Shown: one piece after another, positions 1-8,566 of the stretch
How the letters are laid out: the number at the start of each line of letters is the position of its first letter
How positions within the stretch are numbered: position 1 is the first letter of the stretch
NCBI GenBank assembly: GCA_036675075.1
Contig: JAKFFM010000002.1
Location: 83,120-147,119, forward strand
Length of the DNA stretch: 64,000 nt
Source of the DNA: Bacteroidota bacterium
GTDB lineage: Bacteria > Bacteroidota > Bacteroidia > JAKFFM01
Reading direction: 5' to 3'
The notes under the pieces: model-generated
Database searches by the model: none
The model's input: only the letters and a program-made list of their open reading frames with translations
Told to the model about the DNA's origin: nothing
Translations under genes and position numbers: made by a program

Positions 1-632
1 GATTCATGCTGGTTATGATATCCTTGTACGATCTGGACATATCCGATCTTTTCATCCTCAAAGTAGTCAACTACACGGTGTAGAAAATCGGGATGAGGTA
101 CGTGATCCGGATCCATAACTACACAGAGCTCACCTGTAGCCTGCCTAAGCGCATTGTTAATATTTCCTGCTTTTGCGTCGGTTTTGTCGATACGTGTCAC
201 ATGTACCACGCCAAGCTCTTCACAAAGTTTTTTGAGCTTAGGATCATCTCCTTCATCGCACAGGTAACTCGTGTGAGGATACTTCACGGCCACCATGGCT
301 TTGAGTGTTTCTTCAAACATCTCGTAAGGTTCGCCCGGACAGGCTGTCGTAAGCATGTCGACTGTCCAGGTTTTTTTCGGTTCTGGTTTTACAGGTACAC
401 TGATATCCAGGTAGTGATACCATTCGTGGAGCATCTTCAGCAGCTTGAAAAGCAGTGCGATGGTAAATGGGTAGTACAGCCATGCCTTCCCCGGTTCCAC
501 AGTTGAAAAGAACCATCCCAGGAATATTGCCATGCAACCAAGCGCACACACGATGAGTATCCTGAGCGTGATCTTTTCTTTTCGTGTTGGTGCAGTTGCA
601 AAAGGGTACGTTGGTTTGTAATTATCCTCCAT
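1..632 (-). CDS. BcsA-like processive family-2 glycosyltransferase, N-terminal ~210 aa; gene continues beyond window start
   Basis: Minus-strand frame open from ATG at 630-632 to the window edge (no stop, so absent from the ORF track). Translation MEDNYKPTYPF...HVTRIDKTDAKAGNINNALRQATGELCVVMDPDHVPHPDF reproduces the KAGN(I/L)N ... DxDHVP block of BcsA-type synthases; one TM helix near the N-terminus. Confidence 0.6.
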   Translation of the reverse strand, partial: MEDNYKPTYPFATAPTRKEKITLRILIVCALGCMAIFLGWFFSTVEPGKAWLYYPFTIALLFKLLKMLHEWYHYLDISVPVKPEPKKTWTVDMLTTACPGEPYEMFEETLKAMVAVKYPHTSYLCDEGDDPKLKKLCEELGVVHVTRIDKTDAKAGNINNALRQATGELCVVMDPDHVPHPDFLHRVVDYFEDEKIGYVQIVQGYHNQHE

Positions 633-687
633 CTCGTTCAGGTTTCACTCTTGTTTACTTATATGTCTTACTCAGTTTACGTTCATT

Positions 688-1962
688 CTACCTTTCCACG
701 AGGAACGGAATGTTCGCCGTTGCTACATGGTTGTGATTATCATATGCATATACAAACAGTCTGTAAGCTCCAGGCTTCTCAGGTGCGTTGAACTGGATCT
801 GTGCGCTGTTTGTATTCTTTATTAATCCCGGCACCCAGTCAGGTTTCCGTTCTCCTTCACCATTCTTGAGATCAGTTGTTTCATGAAGGATCTCCCAGTA
901 ATAAGTCAGCTTTTCATTTTCAGGATCAGTAGCATAAATTTTTGCCCTGTAGGTGTATTCTGATTTGATCTTGATATCCTGATGTGCTTCGCGGCCATCC
1001 AGTACAACACGGGTGATCCGCGGTGCGAGGTTCTTGCGCTCACTTTTTCCTTTCCAGTTGACCTCCATCACATCGAGTGTTTCTGTTTCGTGACCGGATT
1101 CAAGAATGAGCGAAAAGAGTGTATTGGTTCGTTCCTGTTTATGTCCCCATAGAAATAGGTAACAGCCAACACAATTTTTCTGGTTGCGTATGGCTGCATA
1201 ACGAAGGCTGCATGCTTTCGCTTTCTGCGAGCTGTTTTCTTCCAGGAATGCACCCCAGCTGGTTGTAGTGCTTTCCCAGTATCCTGTCGGCCCGTATTCA
1301 GAGATCAGGTAAGGCTTTTTCCATCTTGCTTCAGCGATCTTATTATAGATGACAGTGACTTCCTTAAATGCATTGATCGAGAGTATATCGATGTCAGGAC
1401 ATAATTTTCTTATCAGCCTGACCTGCTTTACGGGTGCTCCGGCAAGCATGGTTGTAGTCAGGTGATTGGTGTCGATTTCATGGATCATCTTCGCGATATC
1501 CTGCAATGCTCTAAACATGTTTTTATCGTAAGACACCAGCCCCACTTCATTTCCAACGCCCCACATAAGCAATGCAGGATGGTCTTTATACTTTAATACT
1601 TCTTTTCTGATGCGCTCTTTCTGCACAGCTACTGCTGCCGGATCAGAGTAGTTCATTCCATAATGTACAGGAGTGACATAAAGCCCTAGTGTTACAGTTA
1701 GTCCAAGCCTTTGAGCTTCATCAAGAACCTGGTCTGCATTATCGGTTGTCCATAGTCGAATGGAATTTCCTCCATAGTCTTTCAGCTTGTCAAAGTGTCC
1801 GAAGCCACCAGCCCCATTGATGTAGTAAGGCTTTCCATCTCTGTATAAAGTATAGCCGTGATGATCTTTTCGGATTTCTGTTTTAATAGGTTGTGCGATG
1901 GATAAACTTGTGGATCCGGCATATAGCGCACAAGCCAGAAGCAATTGTAGCTGTCCCTTCAT
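688..1962 (-). CDS. Secreted glycoside hydrolase, clan GH-A TIM-barrel (GH5-like; family not determined)
   Basis: 424-aa ORF with signal peptide; MWGVGNEVG (acid/base NE) and LISEYGP (nucleophile E) spaced as in clan GH-A enzymes; 55 nt upstream of and co-oriented with the BcsA-like gene. Confidence 0.6.
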   Translation of the reverse strand: MKGQLQLLLACALYAGSTSLSIAQPIKTEIRKDHHGYTLYRDGKPYYINGAGGFGHFDKLKDYGGNSIRLWTTDNADQVLDEAQRLGLTVTLGLYVTPVHYGMNYSDPAAVAVQKERIRKEVLKYKDHPALLMWGVGNEVGLVSYDKNMFRALQDIAKMIHEIDTNHLTTTMLAGAPVKQVRLIRKLCPDIDILSINAFKEVTVIYNKIAEARWKKPYLISEYGPTGYWESTTTSWGAFLEENSSQKAKACSLRYAAIRNQKNCVGCYLFLWGHKQERTNTLFSLILESGHETETLDVMEVNWKGKSERKNLAPRITRVVLDGREAHQDIKIKSEYTYRAKIYATDPENEKLTYYWEILHETTDLKNGEGERKPDWVPGLIKNTNSAQIQFNAPEKPGAYRLFVYAYDNHNHVATANIPFLVER

Positions 1963-2098
1963 ATCGTTCTCGATCTTTGCTTTGGACTCAGTTACTAAAA
2001 TTGTACCTAATGTCCTGAGTTGCTGTATAGATGTGTTTGTATTCTTAAATTTGCTAGAGACGTTTGGTTTGCGTTACTAATTTTAGAAGAAAGAAATC

Positions 2099-2992
2099 GT
2101 GGAGTACCTTGACTATCTTGAATCAGAAGCGATATCAATTCTTCGGGAGACTGCCTCGCAGTTTCGCAGACCCGTATTATTATTTTCCGGAGGTAAAGAT
2201 TCAACTGTGCTCTTTCACCTGTCATTAAAGGCGTTCTCACCCGGGAAAATACCTTTCCCATTGTTGCATGTAGATACCGGGCATAACTTTCCTGAGGCAT
2301 TAGCCTTTCGTGATGCGCTTGTATCTGGTACAAGATCAACGCTTATTGTCAGGCTTGTCGAGGATACGATAAAGAATAAAAACCTTCCTGATGCTATTGG
2401 CAAGCTGCCTTCACGAAATGCATTGCAAACACACACGCTTTTAGATACAATAAAAGAGTTTTCATTCGATGTGCTGATCGGTGGAGCACGTAGAGATGAA
2501 GAGAAGGCAAGAGCCAAGGAACGTGTCTTTTCTGTAAGGGATAAATCCGGTCAATGGAATCCCGGATGTCAAAGGCCTGAGTTATGGAACATACTGAATG
2601 GTCGTATTTCCGAAGGTGAACATGTTCGTTCGTTCCCGATCAGCAACTGGACTGAACTTGATGTATGGAACTACATCAAACGTGAACAGATCGTGCTTCC
2701 TTCAATCTATTATTCACACACGAGAGAAGTGATCGTTCACAATGATCAGCTCGTTGCTGTATGTCCTTATATAACACTTGATGGAAGCGAGCAGGTTGTA
2801 ATTAAAAACGTACGTTACCGGACTGTTGGTGACATGACCTGTACCGCAGCAATTGAATCATCGGCATCAAATGCAGATGAAGTGATTGAAGAATTAAGGC
2901 GTACGAAGATCAGTGAACGTGGTGAGACACGCATCGATGACCGGGTATCGGAAACAGCTATGGAAGACCGTAAACGAATGGGTTATTTCTGA
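2099..2992 (+). CDS. cysD: Sulfate adenylyltransferase subunit 2
   Basis: 297 aa; PAPS-reductase-type P-loop LLFSGGKDSTV; collinear with CysD; GTG start; stop overlaps the cysN start. Confidence 0.85.
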   Translation: MEYLDYLESEAISILRETASQFRRPVLLFSGGKDSTVLFHLSLKAFSPGKIPFPLLHVDTGHNFPEALAFRDALVSGTRSTLIVRLVEDTIKNKNLPDAIGKLPSRNALQTHTLLDTIKEFSFDVLIGGARRDEEKARAKERVFSVRDKSGQWNPGCQRPELWNILNGRISEGEHVRSFPISNWTELDVWNYIKREQIVLPSIYYSHTREVIVHNDQLVAVCPYITLDGSEQVVIKNVRYRTVGDMTCTAAIESSASNADEVIEELRRTKISERGETRIDDRVSETAMEDRKRMGYF

Positions 2993-4200
2993 TGGATATT
3001 CTAAGGTTCCTGACAGCTGGAAGTGTTGATGATGGCAAGAGTACGCTCATCGGAAGGCTGCTGTACGATCATGGTTCAATATACCTTGATCAGCTTGGTT
3101 CATTATTGCGAGATGGCAGTAGTCAGTATGACCTTTCAAAATTGACAGATGGACTTAAGGCGGAACGCGAGCAGGGCATAACCATCGATGTTGCCTACAG
3201 ATATTTCAGTTCTTCCAAAAGGAAATACATTATAGCAGATGCTCCAGGGCATTTTGAATTTACACGAAACCTGGTTACTGCAGCTTCAAATTCCGATGCA
3301 GCAATTATTCTGATCGATGCGTTGAATGGCGTTACTGAACAGACGAAGCGACATGCCATGCTGCTTTCCATGATGGGTATTCGACATGTCGCCATAGCCA
3401 TTAATAAAATGGATCGTACAGGTTTCGATAAAAGCGTATTTGACAAGGTTGTGAAACAGTTTTCTGATCTTGACTTTCAGTTTTCATTTGAACACCAATT
3501 CATTCCAGTATCTGCCTTGCAAGGTGATAATGTCGTGGAATCCTCAGTGAACATGCCATGGTACACTGGTGAAACATTGATGTCATTCCTTGAAGACATC
3601 AGGCTTGTTGAACACAAATCACCATTCCGCTTGAGAATTCAACATGTTACGAAGGATGAGGCAGGTATAAAATTCTATTCTGGCATTGTGCTCAGCGGTA
3701 AAATATCAGAAAGAGAAAAGATCAGGATCGTACCAGGAGATATTTCTGAGATCACGAGCATTAAATCAGGAGATAAGCGTATGGATGTTGCTGAAAAGCA
3801 TCGCAGCGTTACCTTACAGTTATCTACTGATGTGGAGCTTAAACGCGGTGACCTTATGGTTTGTGAAGAAGATAAGATTGACCCTTCACATTCTGTAACG
3901 ATGATGTTAACCTGGTTTAGCGAATCAGACGTCCTGATGCCAGGTAAGCGCTATATTCTTCAGAGCAATTCATTTGTCACTCATGTTCTTGTTAAAGATG
4001 TTGAACATAGAATCAGTGTGATGGACTTGAAGGTAGACACGAGCAGCAAGGAATTGCATTTTAATGACATTGGAAGAGTCATGTTTAAAACGGCTGTGCC
4101 AGTTTATCTTGATCCATTTCAGAAGGTGGCTGGAAATGGTCGCGCGATTCTCATTGATGAGCATTCCAACCTGACAGTTGCAGCCTGCATCGTTCTATAG
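2992..4200 (+). CDS. cysN: Sulfate adenylyltransferase subunit 1 (GTPase), no fused APS kinase domain
   Basis: 402 aa; G1 motif GSVDDGKSTLIGRLL, DAPGHFEF, NKMD; translationally coupled to cysD. Confidence 0.8.
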   Translation: MDILRFLTAGSVDDGKSTLIGRLLYDHGSIYLDQLGSLLRDGSSQYDLSKLTDGLKAEREQGITIDVAYRYFSSSKRKYIIADAPGHFEFTRNLVTAASNSDAAIILIDALNGVTEQTKRHAMLLSMMGIRHVAIAINKMDRTGFDKSVFDKVVKQFSDLDFQFSFEHQFIPVSALQGDNVVESSVNMPWYTGETLMSFLEDIRLVEHKSPFRLRIQHVTKDEAGIKFYSGIVLSGKISEREKIRIVPGDISEITSIKSGDKRMDVAEKHRSVTLQLSTDVELKRGDLMVCEEDKIDPSHSVTMMLTWFSESDVLMPGKRYILQSNSFVTHVLVKDVEHRISVMDLKVDTSSKELHFNDIGRVMFKTAVPVYLDPFQKVAGNGRAILIDEHSNLTVAACIVL

Positions 4201-4974
4201 TTTTTCCAGAATAACGAGCATAGGCACCGGAAGAGATAATGAAAGCTTTTGCGCCAGTCCTGTTTCAAAGCTTCCACCAGAGTTCTTACTACCTGCAACG
4301 ATACAAAGAAGCTTTGGGTCACGTTCCTCAATTTCTTCGTTTAATGCCTGATGGTAATCTTTTACTTCCAGCTCGATCAGATCAACAAAGGGATGTGGGC
4401 TGGGTTTTACTTCCTTATGCTTACCGGCCTTTTTCAGCCACAGTTGCGTGACTTTTGATTTTCCCACAAGCTTATGGTCAGTAAGGAACTTTAAAGCACC
4501 TTCTGTTTGTCCTTCGCCACTTACCGGGAAGAGAACTTCATCCGGCAGGCCAAGACATGCCGTTTCAGGTACCGCGACAAAATTGCAGAATCCCAGTTCG
4601 ATAAAGTCTGCTGTCCTGCTGCCGAACAGCCATTTGCGGATCTTGTCTTCTTTTGAAATTCCACCAAATGCAAGGACGATCTCTTTACGAAGTATCATCT
4701 TTTTCAGATCGACTTCCGAATAATCATCATAAACTTCATAATGGAATTTTAAATTCTGTTTAGGGTTTGCAAAATTGCTGATCCTCTCAAGCTCGACCCT
4801 GGCTTCCTTCATTCGCTTTTCCTTGACAAACGGATCAATATCATCTTCAAGTGAATCATCGATCGTAAGCTGATGGAAAAGCGTAAGCTCATGGCCTGTA
4901 TGCTGGGCAATGCATGCGGCATATCCAAGGGCATGAATGGAGGCAGAACTGAAATCAACTAATACAAGGTACAC
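4195..4974 (-). CDS. Universal stress protein family, tandem Usp domains
   Basis: 259 aa with two alpha/beta Usp-like halves (VLVDFSSAS... and ...IVAGSKNSGGSFETGLAQKLSLSLPVPMLVI); GTG start; 3' end overlaps cysN by 6 nt (convergent). Confidence 0.45.
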   Translation of the reverse strand: MYLVLVDFSSASIHALGYAACIAQHTGHELTLFHQLTIDDSLEDDIDPFVKEKRMKEARVELERISNFANPKQNLKFHYEVYDDYSEVDLKKMILRKEIVLAFGGISKEDKIRKWLFGSRTADFIELGFCNFVAVPETACLGLPDEVLFPVSGEGQTEGALKFLTDHKLVGKSKVTQLWLKKAGKHKEVKPSPHPFVDLIELEVKDYHQALNEEIEERDPKLLCIVAGSKNSGGSFETGLAQKLSLSLPVPMLVILEKL

Positions 4975-5294
4975 ACCCCATCATTGCAAACAGGAAGCCA
5001 GAAGCACCAGAAACATCATACTTTACACATGTGAATACAAAGCAAGAAGAAACAAAAGAGTGAAATACTTTTTAACAGGAGTTGAAATTACTCTGGTTAC
5101 GCACGATTCATGTTGACTAAAACGGAAACTTCACGTCATGAAAAAAGCGAAAAAGAAAGAGAAGCCTGAACCTGTTTTTATCGCGGTAACTACTGATACA
5201 GATCGTTCCAGTCATTTCGATCAGTGCATTGTCCTGGAATCTGTGTTGATGAAAAAGAAGCCAGTGAGAGAAAATTCATCTGATCGTTAACTGA

Positions 5295-8200
5295 TCATTT
5301 GACAAGAGTCACAGAGCCTTTATAAGTATGTAAATTTCCGGATGTATCCAGGATCCTGACTTTGTAAACATAAACATCTTCCACAGAAGTGGATGATCCA
5401 TTGTTACTCTTGCCATTCCAGTTCTTTAAGTGATCTGTCGATTGGAACACAAGATTTCCCCATCGATCAAAGATCTGAAACAGAAAGTCAGATGAAGCAA
5501 TACCATTACCGATAGGCCCGAATGTATCGTTTGTTCCATCACCATTCGGACTGAATGCATTTGGAATGTAAACAGCGTAATCATCCTTAACACAGACTTC
5601 TTTTTCTGTGGAGTCATAACATCCTGTTGTGGAATAGGCTTTCAGGAAGATGTTGTAGCATCCTGTATCAGCGAATGTGTAGAGGATGCTGTCTCTTGTG
5701 TAAACACTGTCACTGATAAACCATTCAACCATGGATGCATCTTGTGATGTATTGATGAATTCAACAGTTGGATTGAAGATGGTAACCTGAGAAGATGATG
5801 CTGTAAAGGAAGCTGCAGGAGTGGCAAATGATGTAAAGTATTCATCAAAATGGATCACGCCTGAACATCCGTTCGCACCGTTTACAGACAGATCAAGATC
5901 GAATTGTCCGGGCTCATCAAAGCAGAATTCAGCTACTGATCCTGATTTAGTGACGCCATCGATTGTCCAGATGGAATTAACTGAACCTGGTGTGTGGTCA
6001 GTTAAGGTTACACAAAAAGGTACGCATCCTGACGTTGTATCGACAGTAAACGAAACAGGCGAAGCATTGTTTATCACAACTTCAACAACAGCTGTATCAG
6101 GTGGAGTGGTGCATCCATCTGTTACAACAACAGTGTATGTTCCTTCAACTGCAGGCGACAGTGTGAGTGATGCTGTGGTGTTTCCTGTGGGAATCCAGCT
6201 GTAGTTGTAGGCTCCATTCCCTCCGTTGACAGAGGTATTTAAGGTAACAGAGCCACCAGGACAAACAGGTAGCGGTGTATTGACACTGATGTTCAATGGT
6301 TGAAATACATTCACTGTTACATTGTATGTTGCTGATGAGCAGCCGTTCTGATCAATGGCGGAAACAGTATATGTTGAAGTTGTATCTGGTGAAACAAGAG
6401 GACCTTGAGGACTCCAGGTGAGTGTATTCGTGCCAGTACCTCCTGATGTTGTCGCTGTGAGTGTTACATCTTCCCCAATGCAGAGGGTAGCAGGAATAAC
6501 CGGGATGACGATCAGCTCATCAGGTTCAGTGATGATGACATGTACAGTATCCTTGCAGGATGATGCATCTGTGACGATCGCTGTATAAGTGCCCTGGCAA
6601 AGCGATGATGCATCAGGTCCGGTGCTGCTGATCGGTAGCCATGAATAAGTGTAGGGAAGTTGTCCTCCTGATGAGCTTACCAAGGCTGTACCGTTGCAGT
6701 AATTGTAGCACGTTGCATTTGTAGATGCAGCAAGACTTGATGATACTCCCGGAGTGTTTCCAACGTTCACACAAACTGAGTCAACACATCCGCTGCTGTC
6801 AGTTACTGTAATGCAATACAATCCTGGTGTCAGTGAACTGGCTGTGTTTGAGGTGCTTCCCCCAGTCCATGAATAGGTGTAAGGCGAGTTTCCTCCGCTG
6901 ACATTTACTGAAGCAGAACCTGTTGGCAGATTGCATGTTGAATTGGATGTCGTAACCGTAAGCAGTATCGCATCAGGTTGTAAAAGCGTAAGGCATGTAT
7001 CAATGAAGCATCCATTCGCATCCGTGACTCTTACACAAACCTGTCCGGCACATAAGCCGGTTACTGAGTCAGTTGTTTGTCCTGTTGACCAAGAGTATGA
7101 ATAAGGAGCTGTTCCTCCGGATGGTAGTACAGAAGCTTCGCCGTTACAAGTTCCAAAGCAGCTTGCATCCTTATAGGCGGTCTGTACTGATAAAGCGACA
7201 GGTTCAGTGATCACAAAGGAATTTGTAACACCACAGCCACCTGATTCACTGACGGTAACTGTGTATGTTCCGGGAGAAAGATTAGACGCATTCGCAGTGC
7301 TCGATACAGGTGGATTCCAGGTATAGCTGAGACCTGTGCCACCGGAAACAGTCACAGCTGCTGTACCATCCGATGATCCGTTGCATGTGAGATCATTCTT
7401 GTTTGTAGTGATGGAGATCGATGCAGAGGAATTTACTTCAATCGTGTCAGAAACAACACAGCCATTGGCAGCTGTTACGTTTACAATGTAAGATCCTTCA
7501 CAAAGGCCTGATGCTAATGAATCTGTGGATGTGATCCCGCTGTCCCAGGAATATGTATAAGGTCTGATCCCGCCTGTCACCGTTACTGTCGCTGTGCCAT
7601 TGCAGTTGCATGTTTCATCCGTTGAGGTGGAGGTGATCACAGGTGCAGGAAAGGGTGAACAGTTATTATTCATCTGTGAGATCCATGCACTATTGGCTGC
7701 ATTGTTTGGTGATCCAGGGGTTTCAAATGTGGGTACAACTCCATATGTCCAATTGGCCTGGTCGAAAGGGTTGTTGTCAACAAGGTTTGCATTATACATC
7801 ACCGAGTTTCCCATCGTCACATTGAAATAGATCATTGTGTTACTCTGGTTGTTTGCGTAGCTTACCGCAAATTCAGCTGTTGTCAGGTTTGTCGGATTGA
7901 TTACCTGGAAAGAGTCTCCGCCATTTGACATGGCAAGCGTGCTCCAGCTTCCGCAGGGAATAAACCCGCTGGTTGGGATCGTTGAATTTGATCCTGTGGG
8001 TGCTGACGTATGTCGTTCAAACAGGCTGCAATCATTGGCAGGTATGATCATTCTGCAGTTGCCATCTGTCATGCTGAGGTCATCAGGCGGCAGAGATAGG
8101 TTGACATCAATATCGTTATACACAACGATCAAGGTACCAAAGGGAACACAGGCCCATCGTGGATCCTGGGTGAACCTCACGATTCCGGGTGCAATTCCAA

Positions 8201-8441
8201 CACTCCCTCCGGCTGCATAGAATCCATTGTTGTCATCAATATAAAATCCTCTCAGGTCCATGCAGTTTGAGCTGCTGCATGAAGGGGTTCCCATTACAAG
8301 CAGCTCGACATATTCTTTCGCGCTGGTCCCTTGAGATACTTCGTTGATGATAAGCTTTGGCTGACAAATTCCTTTTATGCCAAGAAAGGCGAAAATGAAA
8401 ACAGGAAGGATTCTGAACAAATAAGTGTTTCGCCTGGCCAT
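5295..8441 (-). CDS. Giant cell-surface protein: lamin-tail-like domain + SprB-type repeats + T9SS type-B C-terminal sorting domain
   Basis: 1048 aa; signal peptide; LIINEVSQGTSAKEYVELLV (LTD-like); at least eight Cys-framed repeats of the form C..NG.A.V.vSGG..PYTYSW; C-terminus YIPNAFSPNGDGTNDTF...DRWGNLVF matches the gliding-motility-associated (type B) CTD. Confidence 0.7.
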   Translation of the reverse strand: MARRNTYLFRILPVFIFAFLGIKGICQPKLIINEVSQGTSAKEYVELLVMGTPSCSSSNCMDLRGFYIDDNNGFYAAGGSVGIAPGIVRFTQDPRWACVPFGTLIVVYNDIDVNLSLPPDDLSMTDGNCRMIIPANDCSLFERHTSAPTGSNSTIPTSGFIPCGSWSTLAMSNGGDSFQVINPTNLTTAEFAVSYANNQSNTMIYFNVTMGNSVMYNANLVDNNPFDQANWTYGVVPTFETPGSPNNAANSAWISQMNNNCSPFPAPVITSTSTDETCNCNGTATVTVTGGIRPYTYSWDSGITSTDSLASGLCEGSYIVNVTAANGCVVSDTIEVNSSASISITTNKNDLTCNGSSDGTAAVTVSGGTGLSYTWNPPVSSTANASNLSPGTYTVTVSESGGCGVTNSFVITEPVALSVQTAYKDASCFGTCNGEASVLPSGGTAPYSYSWSTGQTTDSVTGLCAGQVCVRVTDANGCFIDTCLTLLQPDAILLTVTTSNSTCNLPTGSASVNVSGGNSPYTYSWTGGSTSNTASSLTPGLYCITVTDSSGCVDSVCVNVGNTPGVSSSLAASTNATCYNYCNGTALVSSSGGQLPYTYSWLPISSTGPDASSLCQGTYTAIVTDASSCKDTVHVIITEPDELIVIPVIPATLCIGEDVTLTATTSGGTGTNTLTWSPQGPLVSPDTTSTYTVSAIDQNGCSSATYNVTVNVFQPLNISVNTPLPVCPGGSVTLNTSVNGGNGAYNYSWIPTGNTTASLTLSPAVEGTYTVVVTDGCTTPPDTAVVEVVINNASPVSFTVDTTSGCVPFCVTLTDHTPGSVNSIWTIDGVTKSGSVAEFCFDEPGQFDLDLSVNGANGCSGVIHFDEYFTSFATPAASFTASSSQVTIFNPTVEFINTSQDASMVEWFISDSVYTRDSILYTFADTGCYNIFLKAYSTTGCYDSTEKEVCVKDDYAVYIPNAFSPNGDGTNDTFGPIGNGIASSDFLFQIFDRWGNLVFQSTDHLKNWNGKSNNGSSTSVEDVYVYKVRILDTSGNLHTYKGSVTLVK

Positions 8442-8566
8442 GAGCTCCTGTCCTTCAAAAATTTGTGCCGCAAAGGTACGGAATAGCTAATTAACAGGCT
8501 GATAAGAGCAGGTTAAGGCTTTATTAAAGTTCAAATTTGAAAAAGATTTCCTTGGAATTTCGGAAA

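Noticed and set aside
93-549. ORF-track ORFs 93..506 (+) and 313..549 (-) at the window start
   Set aside because: The region is better explained by a minus-strand frame open to the window edge that encodes a BcsA-like GT2 catalytic block; the listed ORFs have implausible composition (Cys/His/Phe-rich) and no recognisable motifs.
7594-8220. Several 60-110-aa plus-strand ORFs inside the 1048-aa type-B CTD gene, with similar ones inside other large genes
   Set aside because: They lie antisense to or out of frame with long ORFs that carry clear domain signatures, and show repeat-driven composition; treated as artefacts.
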